Shown piece after piece: positions 41,577 to 55,258 of a DNA stretch of 64,000 nucleotides (position 1 is the first letter of the stretch; every line of letters starts with the position of its first letter). Below the pieces are notes generated by a model. That model was not told where the DNA came from and did not search any database. It worked only from the letters and a program-made list of their open reading frames with translations. This DNA comes from the human T2T-CHM13v2.0 reference genome, Homo sapiens. A program made the translations under genes and the position numbers. Location of the stretch: NCBI RefSeq assembly GCF_009914755.1, contig NC_060935.1; one strand, written 5' to 3'.

Positions 41577-42659
41577 GAGTCATACTAAACTCATTCATCT
41601 GGATGTCGCTAATTATTTCTGCTTCTACTTAGTAGTTAACCCAATCTGTGTTTCCATTTTGATTTCTATTGCTCCTAAATTTGTTGTGATTGTCATCACC
41701 TTTTTCCTGGATTTCCCATGGTCTACAAACCATCCTTCTCCAAGTTACAGCTAAAATGATATTTCTAAAATGCTTTCTAGGTGTGAATATTACTCTGTTT
41801 AAATTTCTGTTATTGTTAATGTAATAATAATAATAATAGTAATAACAGGTATTGAGTATTGATAGTGTGCCAGGCACTTTGCAAAAGGTAGAAAGGGCAC
41901 AAAACAATGGGAAGAACAGGTACTAAGCCACTAAAGAACTAATAAACATTACTTGATGCAGAAACTATAAAACACTTCGCTATGACTCTGTAAAAATGGT
42001 ATTTGAGAGAACGATAGGGACTGAACATGGAGAGGTAGCTGGGGTTAGATCATGAAGAGTTTAAAATGCAAAGGCATCTATGAGTGTATTTGCTATTACA
42101 TTTCATTTTTTATATTTACTGGATGTTATAGACTTGAGTGCCATTTTTACCATCAAAGAATCTTGTCTCCCTATGAAACTTGTCACGCAGTAGTGCCTAA
42201 TGAGAAGGCAAATTCATAACAGAAAAAAGGAAAAAAATAAATTTCAGAAGCAGAGAGATTTAATGATTACCTACTCCTTCAGTCATATTTATTTTAATAT
42301 CAATCACTCTATAACAATCACTATTACTGTACTAAATAATTCAGTCACATTTTCATCCAAACTGGGCCCATAAAATACTAGTCATATCAAAAGTAATAGG
42401 GGACATAGTAATAAATTTAATAGTCCATAAGATACTTGTTACTATTAGGGTAGAAGGCTCAGAATAAGAAAAAGAGTGAACAGATCCCTTCCAAGCAATG
42501 AACAAGAAAGGCCCAGAACATAGAAATCTCTTGATAAAAATGGTAGCACTAAAAACAGTAAAATGTTTATTTTCTGCTTGATCAAGAAAATAGGAATTAA
42601 TATTCTTGGTAACCCTAAATACATTTACCAATTTGCTTCTTATATATCACAAAAATCCA

Positions 42660-42785
42660 TCTCTTTTTATCCCTTCCTTCCTTCCTTCCCTCCCTCCTTC
42701 CTCTCTCTCTTTCTTTCTTTTCTCTTTCTGTCTTTTCTCTCTCTTCTTTTTCTTTCTTTCTCTCTCTCTTTCTTTCTTCTTTCTT
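42660..42785. repeat. CT-rich low-complexity tract
   Basis: About 125 nt of nearly pure pyrimidine (ccttcc/ctctt). Confidence 0.9.
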
Positions 42786-44529
42786 CATTATTAGTCCCCA
42801 ATTCCAAACCACTACCACATTAAATCTGTTTTATGAAGCCAGAGTGTTCTTTTCACAGCTTGATAACGTTCAAGCAGCTTTCTACTGATGTAAGATAAGC
42901 ACCAAATTCCCAACAGGACCTGCAGGCCCTCTCACCTCTGGCCTTTACCCTCTTGCAGGCCCACTGCCTCTGAACCTGCCTGCCTGGCTTTCCCCGCCCA
43001 CCCTCTACCCACCCCATCTCCCTGCACCTTCTTGCTCCTGCCCTCAGATCCTTGCGAGGATTGATCCCTCAGTGGAGATGACCCCAGTGTTCTTTTAATC
43101 TATTTCCATGTGTCTCTCAATCTCAACATCAATTTCCAAGAAGCTCAATAAAAGCAATTATTACTTCTAAATCACCAATACCTTTATCTAATTTTTTTCT
43201 TCAGCTATTGTGAAACATTTTTAAACTTTTTTCTTGAAGTATAAAACAAACAGAAGAAAGTGTGCATAAGAAAATTGTAGAGCTTGAACATTTTTTTACA
43301 AAGTGACACTATCATGCTTTATTTGATTTTCAATGCAATTAACTGTGACTTTTATTAAACACTTGCTTTGTGATTAGTGTTTAGGGCACTGTGAAGGGCG
43401 CAAGCAAATCCTTGAAAAATTGCTTCTTGCCTTCATAGAGATCACCCTTTGATGACATCTACACTGTCAATTGGAAGCAGGAATGGCTAGAAATGACTCA
43501 GTCATCCATTTATTCATCTAGTATTTATTAAATCATTACTGTGTGCAGAAGATGGCTCAAAGGACACAGATTCTGTTCCTGCCCTCATTGAGCTCAACTA
43601 AGTGACTAAAGTGTAAAATATATGACAGGGAGATTGTGTTTGTTATGGAAGTTCATGCAAACTAATAGCAATCCTAGTTTTATCAGAATGGGGCTGAGGT
43701 TTCTTAAGTTTTCTAAAGAGAGGGAAAGATTTTTAAGAAAATGACAGTGAAACTAAGACCCGAAAGTTCGAGGAGAGCTAGCCAAGAAGGAGAGATAAAG
43801 GATAAAATCTCTTTCAGGCAGAAGCCAAAGCATCTGAAAAGGCCCAGAGGAAACAAAGAGCTAGGTGCATTTGCTAATTGCATTTGGAAAGCTGAGCATA
43901 TCTGAGTCTTGCTGGAGTATTAATACTCATGAGCTGGAGAAAGTCCCTGTCTGGTGACTAAATTAGAAAGAGGGAGCTGACAAAGCCTGCTCTTACAAAC
44001 ATGTTTATATCTACAGTCCAATACTACCTGTCTCACAGGACATTTTTTTTTCCAAATCAAGTTATGAAATCTATATGAAAACTGCAAGGCAGATATTCTG
44101 AAAACTAAGCTGCAAAACTCAAGCACAAATACTGTAAAGGCTGCTTGGACTAGTCTTTGGGGACGATATGCAATTATCTAAAGTGAGAGGTGAAATGGGA
44201 AGATATTGACAAAGCAGGACTTACTGAATCCAGGAGGACCAGGCAGGCTGTCATTATGACATCAATAAAGCTTGTGCCCAGGGCAGGATTTAATATGTAC
44301 AGACAACAGTCTTAATATAGAGGAGTTTCCTTCAATTATGGACCAAACAGATAATTTCAAATAAAATGGTACATTATCATCTATTCACCCTGCTTTACAC
44401 ATCAGCTTCATGCTCCAGGTTTGCTCTATTATCTCAGCAGTGATGGTCAGAGAGGACAGGAAGCTTCTGTCATACATATAAGGATAGAATAGATATTGCG
44501 ACCAGTTGCTCTAACCACTCTGTTACTTG

Positions 44530-45660
<1,131 letters not shown>

Positions 45661-45825
45661 AAAGGCCTCCTTTCTGACGGCTGTTAAAGCAATTACTAAG
45701 TGATGTTGAGCCTGCTATAGCATTATATTCTCCAGTTAATTGTGGAGAAAAGTGCTTATCATTAGAAAGGAAAAAAAATGAAGAGCAATGTGTGATAGTA
45801 CAAGGAAAGATGAGTGTTGTGAATG

Positions 45826-46509
45826 AAACTATTCAAGTCTCTCAATGAACTCAGCTGGTACCTACTGTCCCCAGCAGCCACCAGAGGCTTCACCAGTGGA
45901 TTCACCAACATAGCTCCCATCTGGGCTGGAGCAGTTTGCTTAAAAGTCAGGGGCCAGTTTTCTGGTGGAGCTTTTGTGACACAACCACGGTGTGAAAGTT
46001 TAAGAGTTTTTAGTAATTACAGACCTTAGAGGGTACAATGCACCGTGGAAGCCACATACATGAGGGTCAGGGAGAAAAGGCAGAGAGAGAGAGAGAAAGA
46101 GAGAGAGGGAGAGAGAGAGAGAGACATTAGGGAACCATGGGCCAATGGCTTTATTGGGTCCAAGACATTATCCACACAGGTTTCTTGCAGGTAATTAATT
46201 GGTAGGTTTAAAGCAAGTAGGCACTAGTTCCAGAACATCATCTATGACAGGGCCAGTCACTTTTAGTTTACAGGTTAATGTCTGCATGATCCTTTTAAAG
46301 GAAGTGGTAAGAAAGCTGGGTGCCTAGCTTGCTAGGCAGGAGAGATGTCACTAAGTTTTACCTCCAGCCAGTGACTGCAGCCACTTGGGTGGGGTATAGT
46401 ATTAGAAACTGTGTCAAGGGTGACAGAGCCCTGCTTCTGGTATGAGAAAGCTAAACTTATATTTAAAAATGGATACTGAAAGAACGTACAATTATAAACA
46501 CTCACTACT
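45826..46509 (-). mobile_element. MER54-like ERVL solo LTR with a (GA)n tract
   Basis: Reverse complement begins GTAGTGAGTGTTTATAATT...TTTCTCATACCAGAAGCAGGGCTCTGTCACCCTTGACACAGTTTC; left boundary approximate. Confidence 0.75.
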
Positions 46510-46699
46510 ATGGGAAATGTGTTCCATCTCACGGTCTGATTTCATCTGCCTGGAACTGGCTGTCTGGATCACTGTGGCAGGAAAGATTGTGGAGCCCTTA
46601 AAACATATTAGGAAATAATGTAGAGACTTTGCTAGACCAATAATAAAAATAAGGAGGGAAAGGTTGGCATAGCTTTCAGGTATCTATGAAAGTAAAATG

Positions 46700-47782
46700 C
46701 GCATGTCTATTGACTAAAACACCAAAAGCAATGGCAACAAAAGCCAAAATTGACAAATGGGATCTAACTAAACTAAAGAGCTACTGCACAGCAAAAGAAA
46801 CTATCATCAGAGTGAAGATGCAACCTCAGAATGGGAGAAAATCTTTGCAATCTACCCATCTGACAAAGGGCTAATAGCCAGAATCTACAAAGAACTCAAA
46901 CAAATTTACAAACAACTCCATCAAAAAGTGGACAAAGGATACGAACAGACAGTTCTCAAAAGAAGACATATATGTAGCCAACAAACATGAAAAAATGCTC
47001 ATCATCACTGACCATCAGAGAAATGCAAATCAAAACCACAATGAGATACCATCTCACACCAGTTAGTTAGAATAGCGATCATTAAAAAGTCAGGGAACAA
47101 CAGATGCTGGAGAGGATGTGGAGAATTAGGAACGATTTTACACTATTGGTGGGAGTGTAAATTAGTTCAACCATTGTGGAAGACAGTTCAAGGATCTAGT
47201 TCAAGGATCTAGAACTAGAAATACCATTTGACCCAGCCATCCCATTACTGGGTATATACCCAAAGGATTATAAACCATGCTGCTATAAAGACACATGCAC
47301 ACGTATGTTTATTGCGGCACTATTCATAATAGCAAAGACTTGGAACCAACCCAAATGTCCATCAGTGATAGACTGGATTTACAAAATGTGGCACATATAC
47401 ACCATGGAATACTATGCAGCCATAAAAAAGGATGAATTCATGTCCTTTGCAGGGACATGGATGAAGCTGGAAGCCATCATTCTAAGCAAACTATCACAAG
47501 GATCGAAAACCAAACACCTCATGTTCTCACTCATAGGTGGGAGTTGAACAATGAGAACACATGGACACAGGGTGGGGAACATCACATACTGGGGGCCTGT
47601 CATGGGGTGGGAGGCTGGGGGAGGGATAGCATTAGGAGAAATACCTAATGTAAATGATGAGTTGATGGGTAGAGCAAACCAACATGGCACATGTATACCC
47701 TAAGTTCTAGGGTACATGTGCACAACAAACCTGCATGTTGTGCACATGTACCCTAGAACTTAAAGTATAATAATGAAAAAAA
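46700..47782 (+). mobile_element. L1PA6/L1PA7-like 3' 1.1 kb (disrupted ORF2 C-terminus plus 3' UTR)
   Basis: ORF track gives [18 protein letters not shown] and MFIAALFIIAKTWNQPKCPS...; perfect TSD gaaagtaaaatg 46688-46699 / 47783-47794. Confidence 0.95.
47701..47762. repeat. Perfect inverted repeat, 27-bp stem and 8-nt loop
   Basis: taagttctagggtacatgtgcacaaca-aacctgca-tgttgtgcacatgtaccctagaactta. Confidence 0.97.
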
Positions 47783-49208
47783 GAAAGTAAAATGAAAAAA
47801 AATATCATTGCATTTAGAGTCCACTAGAATATGGCTTAAAATCCTTTGGGTAAGTTCTTTCATTTCCGTAATCTTCTGTTTTCTCATATAGATAATGGGG
47901 ATATAAATCTAAATGTAACATATGGGAAGGGAAGACTGAATGTTCTAAGATATGTCAAGTCCCTGACATTTAAAAGACAGTAAGTATTAACACTCTTTCT
48001 CATTAAGAATTATCCATATATATATATACACACACACATGCAGAAATACATATATACATTTACACACAAACACATAATTATCTGATGAATCAAACAGTTT
48101 GAGTCACCCCAAACATGTTAAAGAAAATGTGTCCACCATATTTTATCTGTCACTTCCAGATCTCTAATATCATTTCATGGGAAGAGGAATCATATTAAGG
48201 TTATAGTCCCAGTTATAGAATTTTAACTTAATTGTGTGAAAAACTCTATTCTTCCCAAGTGGCTGCAAGCTCTTAGATAAACTAAAATAATTTAATGAGA
48301 ATGATGATGATGATAAAAATCGCCTTCAAAATAAATAGAAAGAGATAGGCATCTGGAAGAAGAGACCATTAATGCCCTGAGGAGGTGACTTAGGATAGCC
48401 AGTATCTACACATCTGTTTTACAACAAAGACGCTCTATCAGTGTAATATTCTTTTCTTTTCTTTCCTTTTATTTATTTATTTTTTTCCTTTTTAGGTTGA
48501 AAGTGACAGAGTGGATGTAGAATTAGAGGACTAGTGCAATTAGAGGACTCATTACAGGGTAAATAAATGCTTTCATATTGAGCTTAAATTAGGTCTGCAC
48601 CCCTGAAAGTCAGGTCATACCTCTAATCTGCTCAAAAATCTAACTTTAAGGGGCCCAAACCTGACTTAAGGTCAATATGGAAGCATTTGTTGACTCCCTT
48701 CAGAAACTTCTTGCCACAGTCACAGAAAATACTGATGTCCTTACTATGTTCCCAAGGTCCTCACTGCCCTTCACCCCTCCTCCCCCTACCTCATCTCCTC
48801 CTGCTGCCTTCTTGCTGCTGCCATGCTGTGCTGTGCTTGCTGATTTCCCTCAACACACTGAGCATGCCCTCATGGTCTCCAGGCCCCTTTCACCTGCTAG
48901 TCCCTCTGCCTGAAATGGTCTTCCTTTAGATGTTCTCAAGGCACAACCCTCACTTCCTTCAGTTATTGACTTAAAAGGCCCTTTCTCAGTGACAGCTCAG
49001 CTATTCATTTAAAATGTCAATACCTCCATGATTTGTTACATCATTTTTTCTTGATATGACAATATATAATGTCTTATTGATATTCATTTTTATCAAACAT
49101 AATATATAGTACTTATATATATTATTTATGTTCTATTTAATTTTTTAGAATGGAAGCTTCACCACATAACTTTTTTTTTATATGTTTTGTTCACTGCTGT
49201 ATCCCCAG

Positions 49209-49897
49209 TAATATAGTTTGGATTTGTGTCCCCCTTGTTGGACACAAATCTCATGTAGAATTTTAATCCCCAGTATTGGAGGAAGGGCCTGTTGGGAGGT
49301 GATTAGATTATGGGGCAGATTTCCCCTTTGCTATTCTCATGATAGTGAGTTCTCACGAGATCTGGTTGTTTAAAAGTATACAGCACTTCTCCCTTCTCTC
49401 TCTTGCTCCTGCTCCATCCATGTAGGAAAAGCAGGCTTCCCCTTCAACTTCTGCCATGATTGTAAGTTCCCTGAGGTCTCCCTGCTATGCTTCCTGTACA
49501 GCCTACAGAACCGTAGGCATTTTTTTTTTTTTTTTTTTTTTTTTGAGATGCAGTTTTGCTCTTTCTGCCCAGGCTGGAGTGCAAAGCACTATCTCAGCTC
49601 ACTGCAACCTCCGCCTCCAGGGTTCAAGCAATTCTCCTACCTCAACCTTCCAAGTAGCTGGGATTACAGGCATGCGCCACCACACCGGGCTAATTTTTTG
49701 TATTTTTAGTAGAGATAGGGTTTCACCATGTTGATCAGCTGGTCTCAAACTCTACATCTCAGGTGATCCACCCACCTCAGCCTCCCAAAGTGCTAGGATT
49801 AGAGGTGTGAGCCACTGTGCCCGGCTAAACTGTTTTTCTTTATAAATTACCTAGTCTCAGGTAGTTCTTTATAGCAATGCGAGAACGGACTAATACA
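49209..49897 (+). mobile_element. MSTA solo LTR interrupted by an Alu
   Basis: taatatagtttggatttgtgtcc...gagaacggactaataca; TSD cccag/accag. Confidence 0.9.
49520..49826 (-). mobile_element. AluSp/Sq-like
   Basis: Poly-T plus full dimer; cagttttgctctttctgccc and ggcatgcgccac resemble Sp diagnostics. Confidence 0.9.
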
Positions 49898-51859
49898 ACC
49901 AGTATATAGTATAGTGTCTGGCAGTCAGTAGGTACTCAGTAAATATTTGTTGAATGACTAGAACACTACAAGGCTTATGCATGGGTTCTCTGCATTTAAT
50001 GCATTCAGTCACTATGGCTAAAATGTGATATCCTCTTTATGATGCGGCCTCTTAATGAGCAGGATTTTCAGACTGACTGACTTTCCTGGTTGCCTTGGAA
50101 TATGATTTTTATACATTTAACCCTATTTTTTGAAAACTATTCCAACATGATTTATTTTTTATCTTGTTTAATAACATCTGATAATTATAGTTGGATCTTT
50201 GATTAATAAATATTTGGGAAAACTGTTCTGACATCCAGAAAAATAATCATGCACTTAATGTGGCAACTTTGTATTGACCTCTGACTAAGAAATGGATACA
50301 TAAATGGAACTACTGGTTAGGATCTGCATTCCATGGTCATGCTGACATTTAACTGTAAATTACAGGGAAGAAAGGAGGCACAGTATTTGTTAATTGAGAT
50401 GCAAAACGTTGAATACTTCTGTGCCAACTGCTCTAGACTGTCCCTTAATATGATATGTCTTAATTTATTTAAAACCTCAGAAGAGATTTTAAAGAGTTTA
50501 ACAGGAAAGAATATAGCATGAGCTCCCTCTTATCATAAAGTTACAATGCATGCTGCTATTTTTTTTCAACATAACATACCACCATTGTGAGAAAAATTGC
50601 TGGTGAAAATGTGATAAACACAAACATGATTTTACATAGGTTCAATTATGTAAATTGTGAAATAATTTTCCTACAACAGTTTGATATTTGATGAGTATGG
50701 GCATTGAAAATAATGGCATGCTATGAGCATTAATCTCATGGGAAGAAGCACTGTTAACATGTGGGGTAGTGCACCCCCTTCTAGCCATTGTCATGTGGCA
50801 CCACACACCAAAATTATGCCCACTTCACAAAAGAAAGAGCTAAGAATCAAAGGGGTCAGAATATTTGCCAATAGTCACAGAGTTACCAAGTACAAATGTT
50901 TAAAGCAGAACTAAATCTCCAGGTCTCAAAGCTTCCATTCCTTCCACTCTGCCCCAGCAACTTCTATTACCGTCACATGTATTCTTACCCCATGCAAACT
51001 TAATTATGTGCTTCAGCATCACCACAGTGCAAGAAAAATTGAAACCAGTGAATTCTGATTGTATGTTCAGCTCTTGGCATATCATAGCCAATCAAATAGA
51101 TGTTTGTTTTCCTTATCCGTTGGATGCATAAGATTCCAACCAAAGGTTTCATAATTTTCAGCTCACAGAGAGCGTCTGTCCAGTTTGAACAGACTGTGCC
51201 TAACCGGCATAGTACAAATTGAAGGCTGTCTAAGCCATCTTTCACACTAAAGTGCTGATTAAATAATCCTCACCCTAGCCTTACAGGCCCAAACAGATAT
51301 GACAAATTGTCACTCTTATTTTAAAAAATGAAGGGGCAGTGGATAGGCATTTTTGATATAAGCACAAAGAGAGAAAAAAGAAACATTGTCTAAGTTCAGG
51401 CTGCAATTATTCTCCAAGTGCATATGAAATACAGAATAGAGGATAAGAAAATGATGAGCTTCATACACAGAGCAGTAAAGTATTTTGAAGCAATTTGTAT
51501 TCTTTCGCCTCTCTGAAATACATTCAAATAAGAAAAACCACAGCTCCGTAAGCTTGAAAAATATTAAATTATATAAATTTCATGCACAGATTTTTTTTTT
51601 TGCTTTTCTTCTTTATCACTGATATAAGACAAGGTAGACAATTCTAGATTGGGTGTCAGAATACTTGGGTACTAGTTTTGGTTTGTCAGTTAATAATTAT
51701 TTTGAACTTGGGTAAGTCTTTTCACCTCTTGCCACCCCCTTTTACTGAATCGTTTGATATAAAAAATACAATAGGGGTAGAATGTAAATGGTACAATGTT
51801 TGTTTTAAGTACAACATAGGGGTTTACTGAATCTACCTGAAGAAAGTTTGTTGACGAAG

Positions 51860-52280
51860 AGTGCAAGCTCTGGAATCAGAATGTATGGATATGAATACGC
51901 CCTGTTATTCACTGTTTGTAAGAGCTTGGGAATTGTTAGTTAAACCCTTATGGCTTCCATTTCTCATTTGTTAAAGGACAATAATAATAATAGCTTGTAA
52001 CTTAAAGTAATTTTTGTAAATGAGTTAACTCATGTAGAGTATCTAAATTAAGATAAGGTGTTCAATACATGTTTTCTTTTTCATAGTATTATATTTTATT
52101 AATATTGCTGTGGTCATTACTGAAATTAAAATAGTTTGTAGTTCTTTTCTGGGTTCTGCTACTTGCTGGCTATGTAACTTGGGACCCAATGATGAGCCTG
52201 AACTCCTTATTTTGGTTTCTTCACTGTGAGAAATAGTTAATGGCAATTGTGTCAGGTTACTGGGTGAATCAGCCATCCTA
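51860..52280 (+). mobile_element. Two tandem MIR fragments
   Basis: aagctctggaatcaga...tttctcatttgttaaagg; ctgggttctgctacttgctggctatgtaacttggg. Confidence 0.6.
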
Positions 52281-53695
52281 CAGGTTGAGTTCATAGAATA
52301 TAACATACGTTAAATAACTGGAGGTTGATGTGATCACTTTTGCTCCCACCTCCTATGATTCCAATTTTCTCATGTAATGACCCCAGTGTGTAGGGCTTAT
52401 TTCAATTGACCATCAATTCCAGAGCTAGATGGCACTACCCCTTATTAAGTTTTGACTCCACTGACCAAAACTGTGCAACAAAAACAGTACAATTAAAGGG
52501 ACACACTGTACCTTCCCTTCCCTCCACATGTGTCACTGACACTGCCGTAACAAAGGGACGGAGCTCCAGAGAAGCCAGCCTCATGCTAGCAAAGAGGAGC
52601 ATGTCATTTAGGAAAGGTGAAGTTGCATACAGGTGCCAGGGAAGTTGCTGCAGAGAGCCCTGAAGATCAGGATAGTAATATGGTTGGCAATGCACTCCAG
52701 AGCCCCCTCTCACTGGAAACCTCATTCTAGCCCTATTCTATTTTTTTTTTTTTTTTTTTTTGGATCAAAAGATTCAGTAAAGGGTGGTGGTAAAGATAGG
52801 AATGTTCATATATTTTCAGATGAAATTTGTCTGCTTCACTTCAACTTTTTAAAATTAGTCCACTAGGGTTGAAGAAGCAGATGCTGATTCCAGGCCAAAA
52901 ATCTAAAACCCACCTTTAAGACTGCTCCAAAAAACTAAGTATGTCTGATTCCAAAGCTTGTGTTCTTAACTACTGTGTTCTCGCTTTCTTCTGCAAGTTC
53001 TAACATCAAGGATTCTCCATTCCCTTGGTGACAGCATGCATCTGCTTGAAGCTGTCTGAGGGACGGAAGGCCCCTCTGACGGCCAGAACTCCAGCATATT
53101 TTCCACTTAGAGTTCTCTCAGTCCTCTTACCAAAGAAGAAGAGAGACCTGAAGAAGACTTTTAAGCCTTTACAACTCTATGTTTCAGGCTAACTCCCAAT
53201 TAAAGAATCACACAGTCTACATAAGGTTATTCTATATGCATTGAATTTTACACTTTCCAAAACTGATCTCTTGTCGACTAGCTCATTTAGTTTTCTAAAA
53301 ACAATAATTTAGCAACCAGTGAAAAAAACTAGGTCCAGAAATTCTCATTTCTTTAAGCTTAATTAATAATATTTATGATGCTTTCCAGGAAACACGCAGA
53401 CATCAAAATATTTTCTTGCCAATGCAACCATAAAATATGGAAGTATTTTAAATGTCTACCTTACATATATGTATATAGACAGTATTATTTGCTTCTGTGC
53501 CTATCTCTCATATCATCTAGATTCATTGTCTTACCTCTCCTTAAATTTAATTTTTGTTATATCTACCCTAAAACTTGTACCAGTAATTATAAATTTTTAT
53601 ATTCTCCTAAATAAGCCATGCTATTTTATCTCTCAGTACCTTTGGAAAGACTGTTTCTTCTTTTTAAAATGCACGTTTTTATGACTCAGAAATAG

Positions 53696-53729
<34 letters not shown>

Positions 53730-55258
53730 CCCTCTCCCCCCAAACCCACCTGAATCATTTTCTCTCTCTCCCCAAAAAATTTGACCATCACATTCATTTT
53801 TGTTTTCACTGTACCTTGTGCTTATCTCTGTTGAAATAGTTATTACCATATTTTGCAGTTATTTACTTTAAAGTCTGTTTCTAACTGAAAGTTCTCTGAA
53901 GTTCATTTTCCCTATACAGTTGTTTTCTGTCTATATTTCTTTGGAGTTTTTCCTAATGTCTATCTGATAGCAGGTCCTTAATAATTATTGATTGAGAGAA
54001 TAAATGGTCGTGCACTATAAGGTTGGATGTAGAAGATGACGGTTTTTGTAACAGAAGAATATTGAGAAATGAAAAACTATACAGGCCCAATCCAATAATA
54101 TTTCATGTGATAGTTTTATGAATAGCTAATATCAATCTTAACAAATTTATTTCTATGGTGACATGTGAATGAGCTGACTATTAAGTGTGGTATTTAGATA
54201 ATCATATATTTGCATTCATATTTACCTGGATCAACTTTTATCAAGTTCTCTGTCCAGATTCAACAAATCATAGTATATTATTTTCCTTTAAGGGACTAGA
54301 TGCATTTTAACTGAGACATAAATCCAGATTCAACAATGTGTTTGAAGAAGCCAGTTGGATAGAGTTGCATTGCTGGTGAAATTTGGATAATGATCCATGA
54401 CAGTTATGCCATAATGAATTTTACTCTCTGGATAGTCTCTGGTGCTCCACTTACATCTAGTTATTGAAAAATTAATAAAAGTTAAAACCTAGGATAAGCC
54501 ATCATGTGTTAAAGGCCTAAAACCTTGGCCTGACATTTTAGAACACCTGTGTTTTCAGGGAGCAGCTTGGTAGCAGAGCCATGTGCTGGCTTATGCTTGT
54601 ATTGGGTAGCATGAGGTCCAATTTATATTCTCTTTAAATTGGCAATTTTGGCCCCATCTTCCTAAGTTTGCCTTTCTGACCGTACAGAACAATTTTGCTA
54701 TTCTAAATAGTTCAGCTCTACCAGTTTGAGTGGATAATGCCTTAACTACTGTTTCTACTTCCTCCAACCCACCCCACACCTCAACCCATTTTTCTAGAAT
54801 GGTGCCAGAGTGATCTTTTCTAAATACAAATCAATCATGTCACACCTTGTATAAAAACCTGGTGTGACATCCCATTTCTCTTAGAATCAAGAAAGTATTA
54901 TAACTTTTCCTTCAAGGTCTCTGTGGTAATGCCTGTACCGAATTCTCCAGCCTCATCTCCTTCTATTCTCTTCTGTTACTCCTTTGCTATAGTCATATTA
55001 ATTTATTTCTGTCACTCAGATTTGTTAAGCTCCCTCAAGAGGGCCTTTGAATATAAATTTCCTTTTGCCTGGCATGCCAGTCTCTCGCTTCTTTGTATAA
55101 TTCCCGAAGAAAAACACCTTCTGTAAGTTTTCATCTACCGCATACAACTCCTTGGTAATGTTTACCACATTTGCAATTCAGCATTTGTTTGTGGAATTAT
55201 TTTATCAATCATACTCTCTTCAACTTGTTTATAAACCTTTAAGACCAGGGAATATATA

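Larger units (their letters stand above)
48590..49960 (+). mobile_element. L2 fragment hosting an MSTA and an Alu
   Basis: ttgttcactgctgtatccccag [MST] ...agtgtctggcagtcagtaggtactcagtaaatatttgttgaatga. Confidence 0.7.

Noticed and set aside
42563-42823. Low-complexity F/S/L-rich and K/E/R-rich ORFs
   Set aside because: Produced by the CT-rich simple repeat
48450-48565. Acceptor-like T tract with AG and a 12-bp direct repeat (aattagaggact twice)
   Set aside because: The T tract may be a decayed retro-tail, the downstream donor is weak, and nothing else supports an exon
52420-52438. CTCF-like motif gctagatggcacta
   Set aside because: The conserved 5' CC of the core is replaced by GA; too weak without ChIP data
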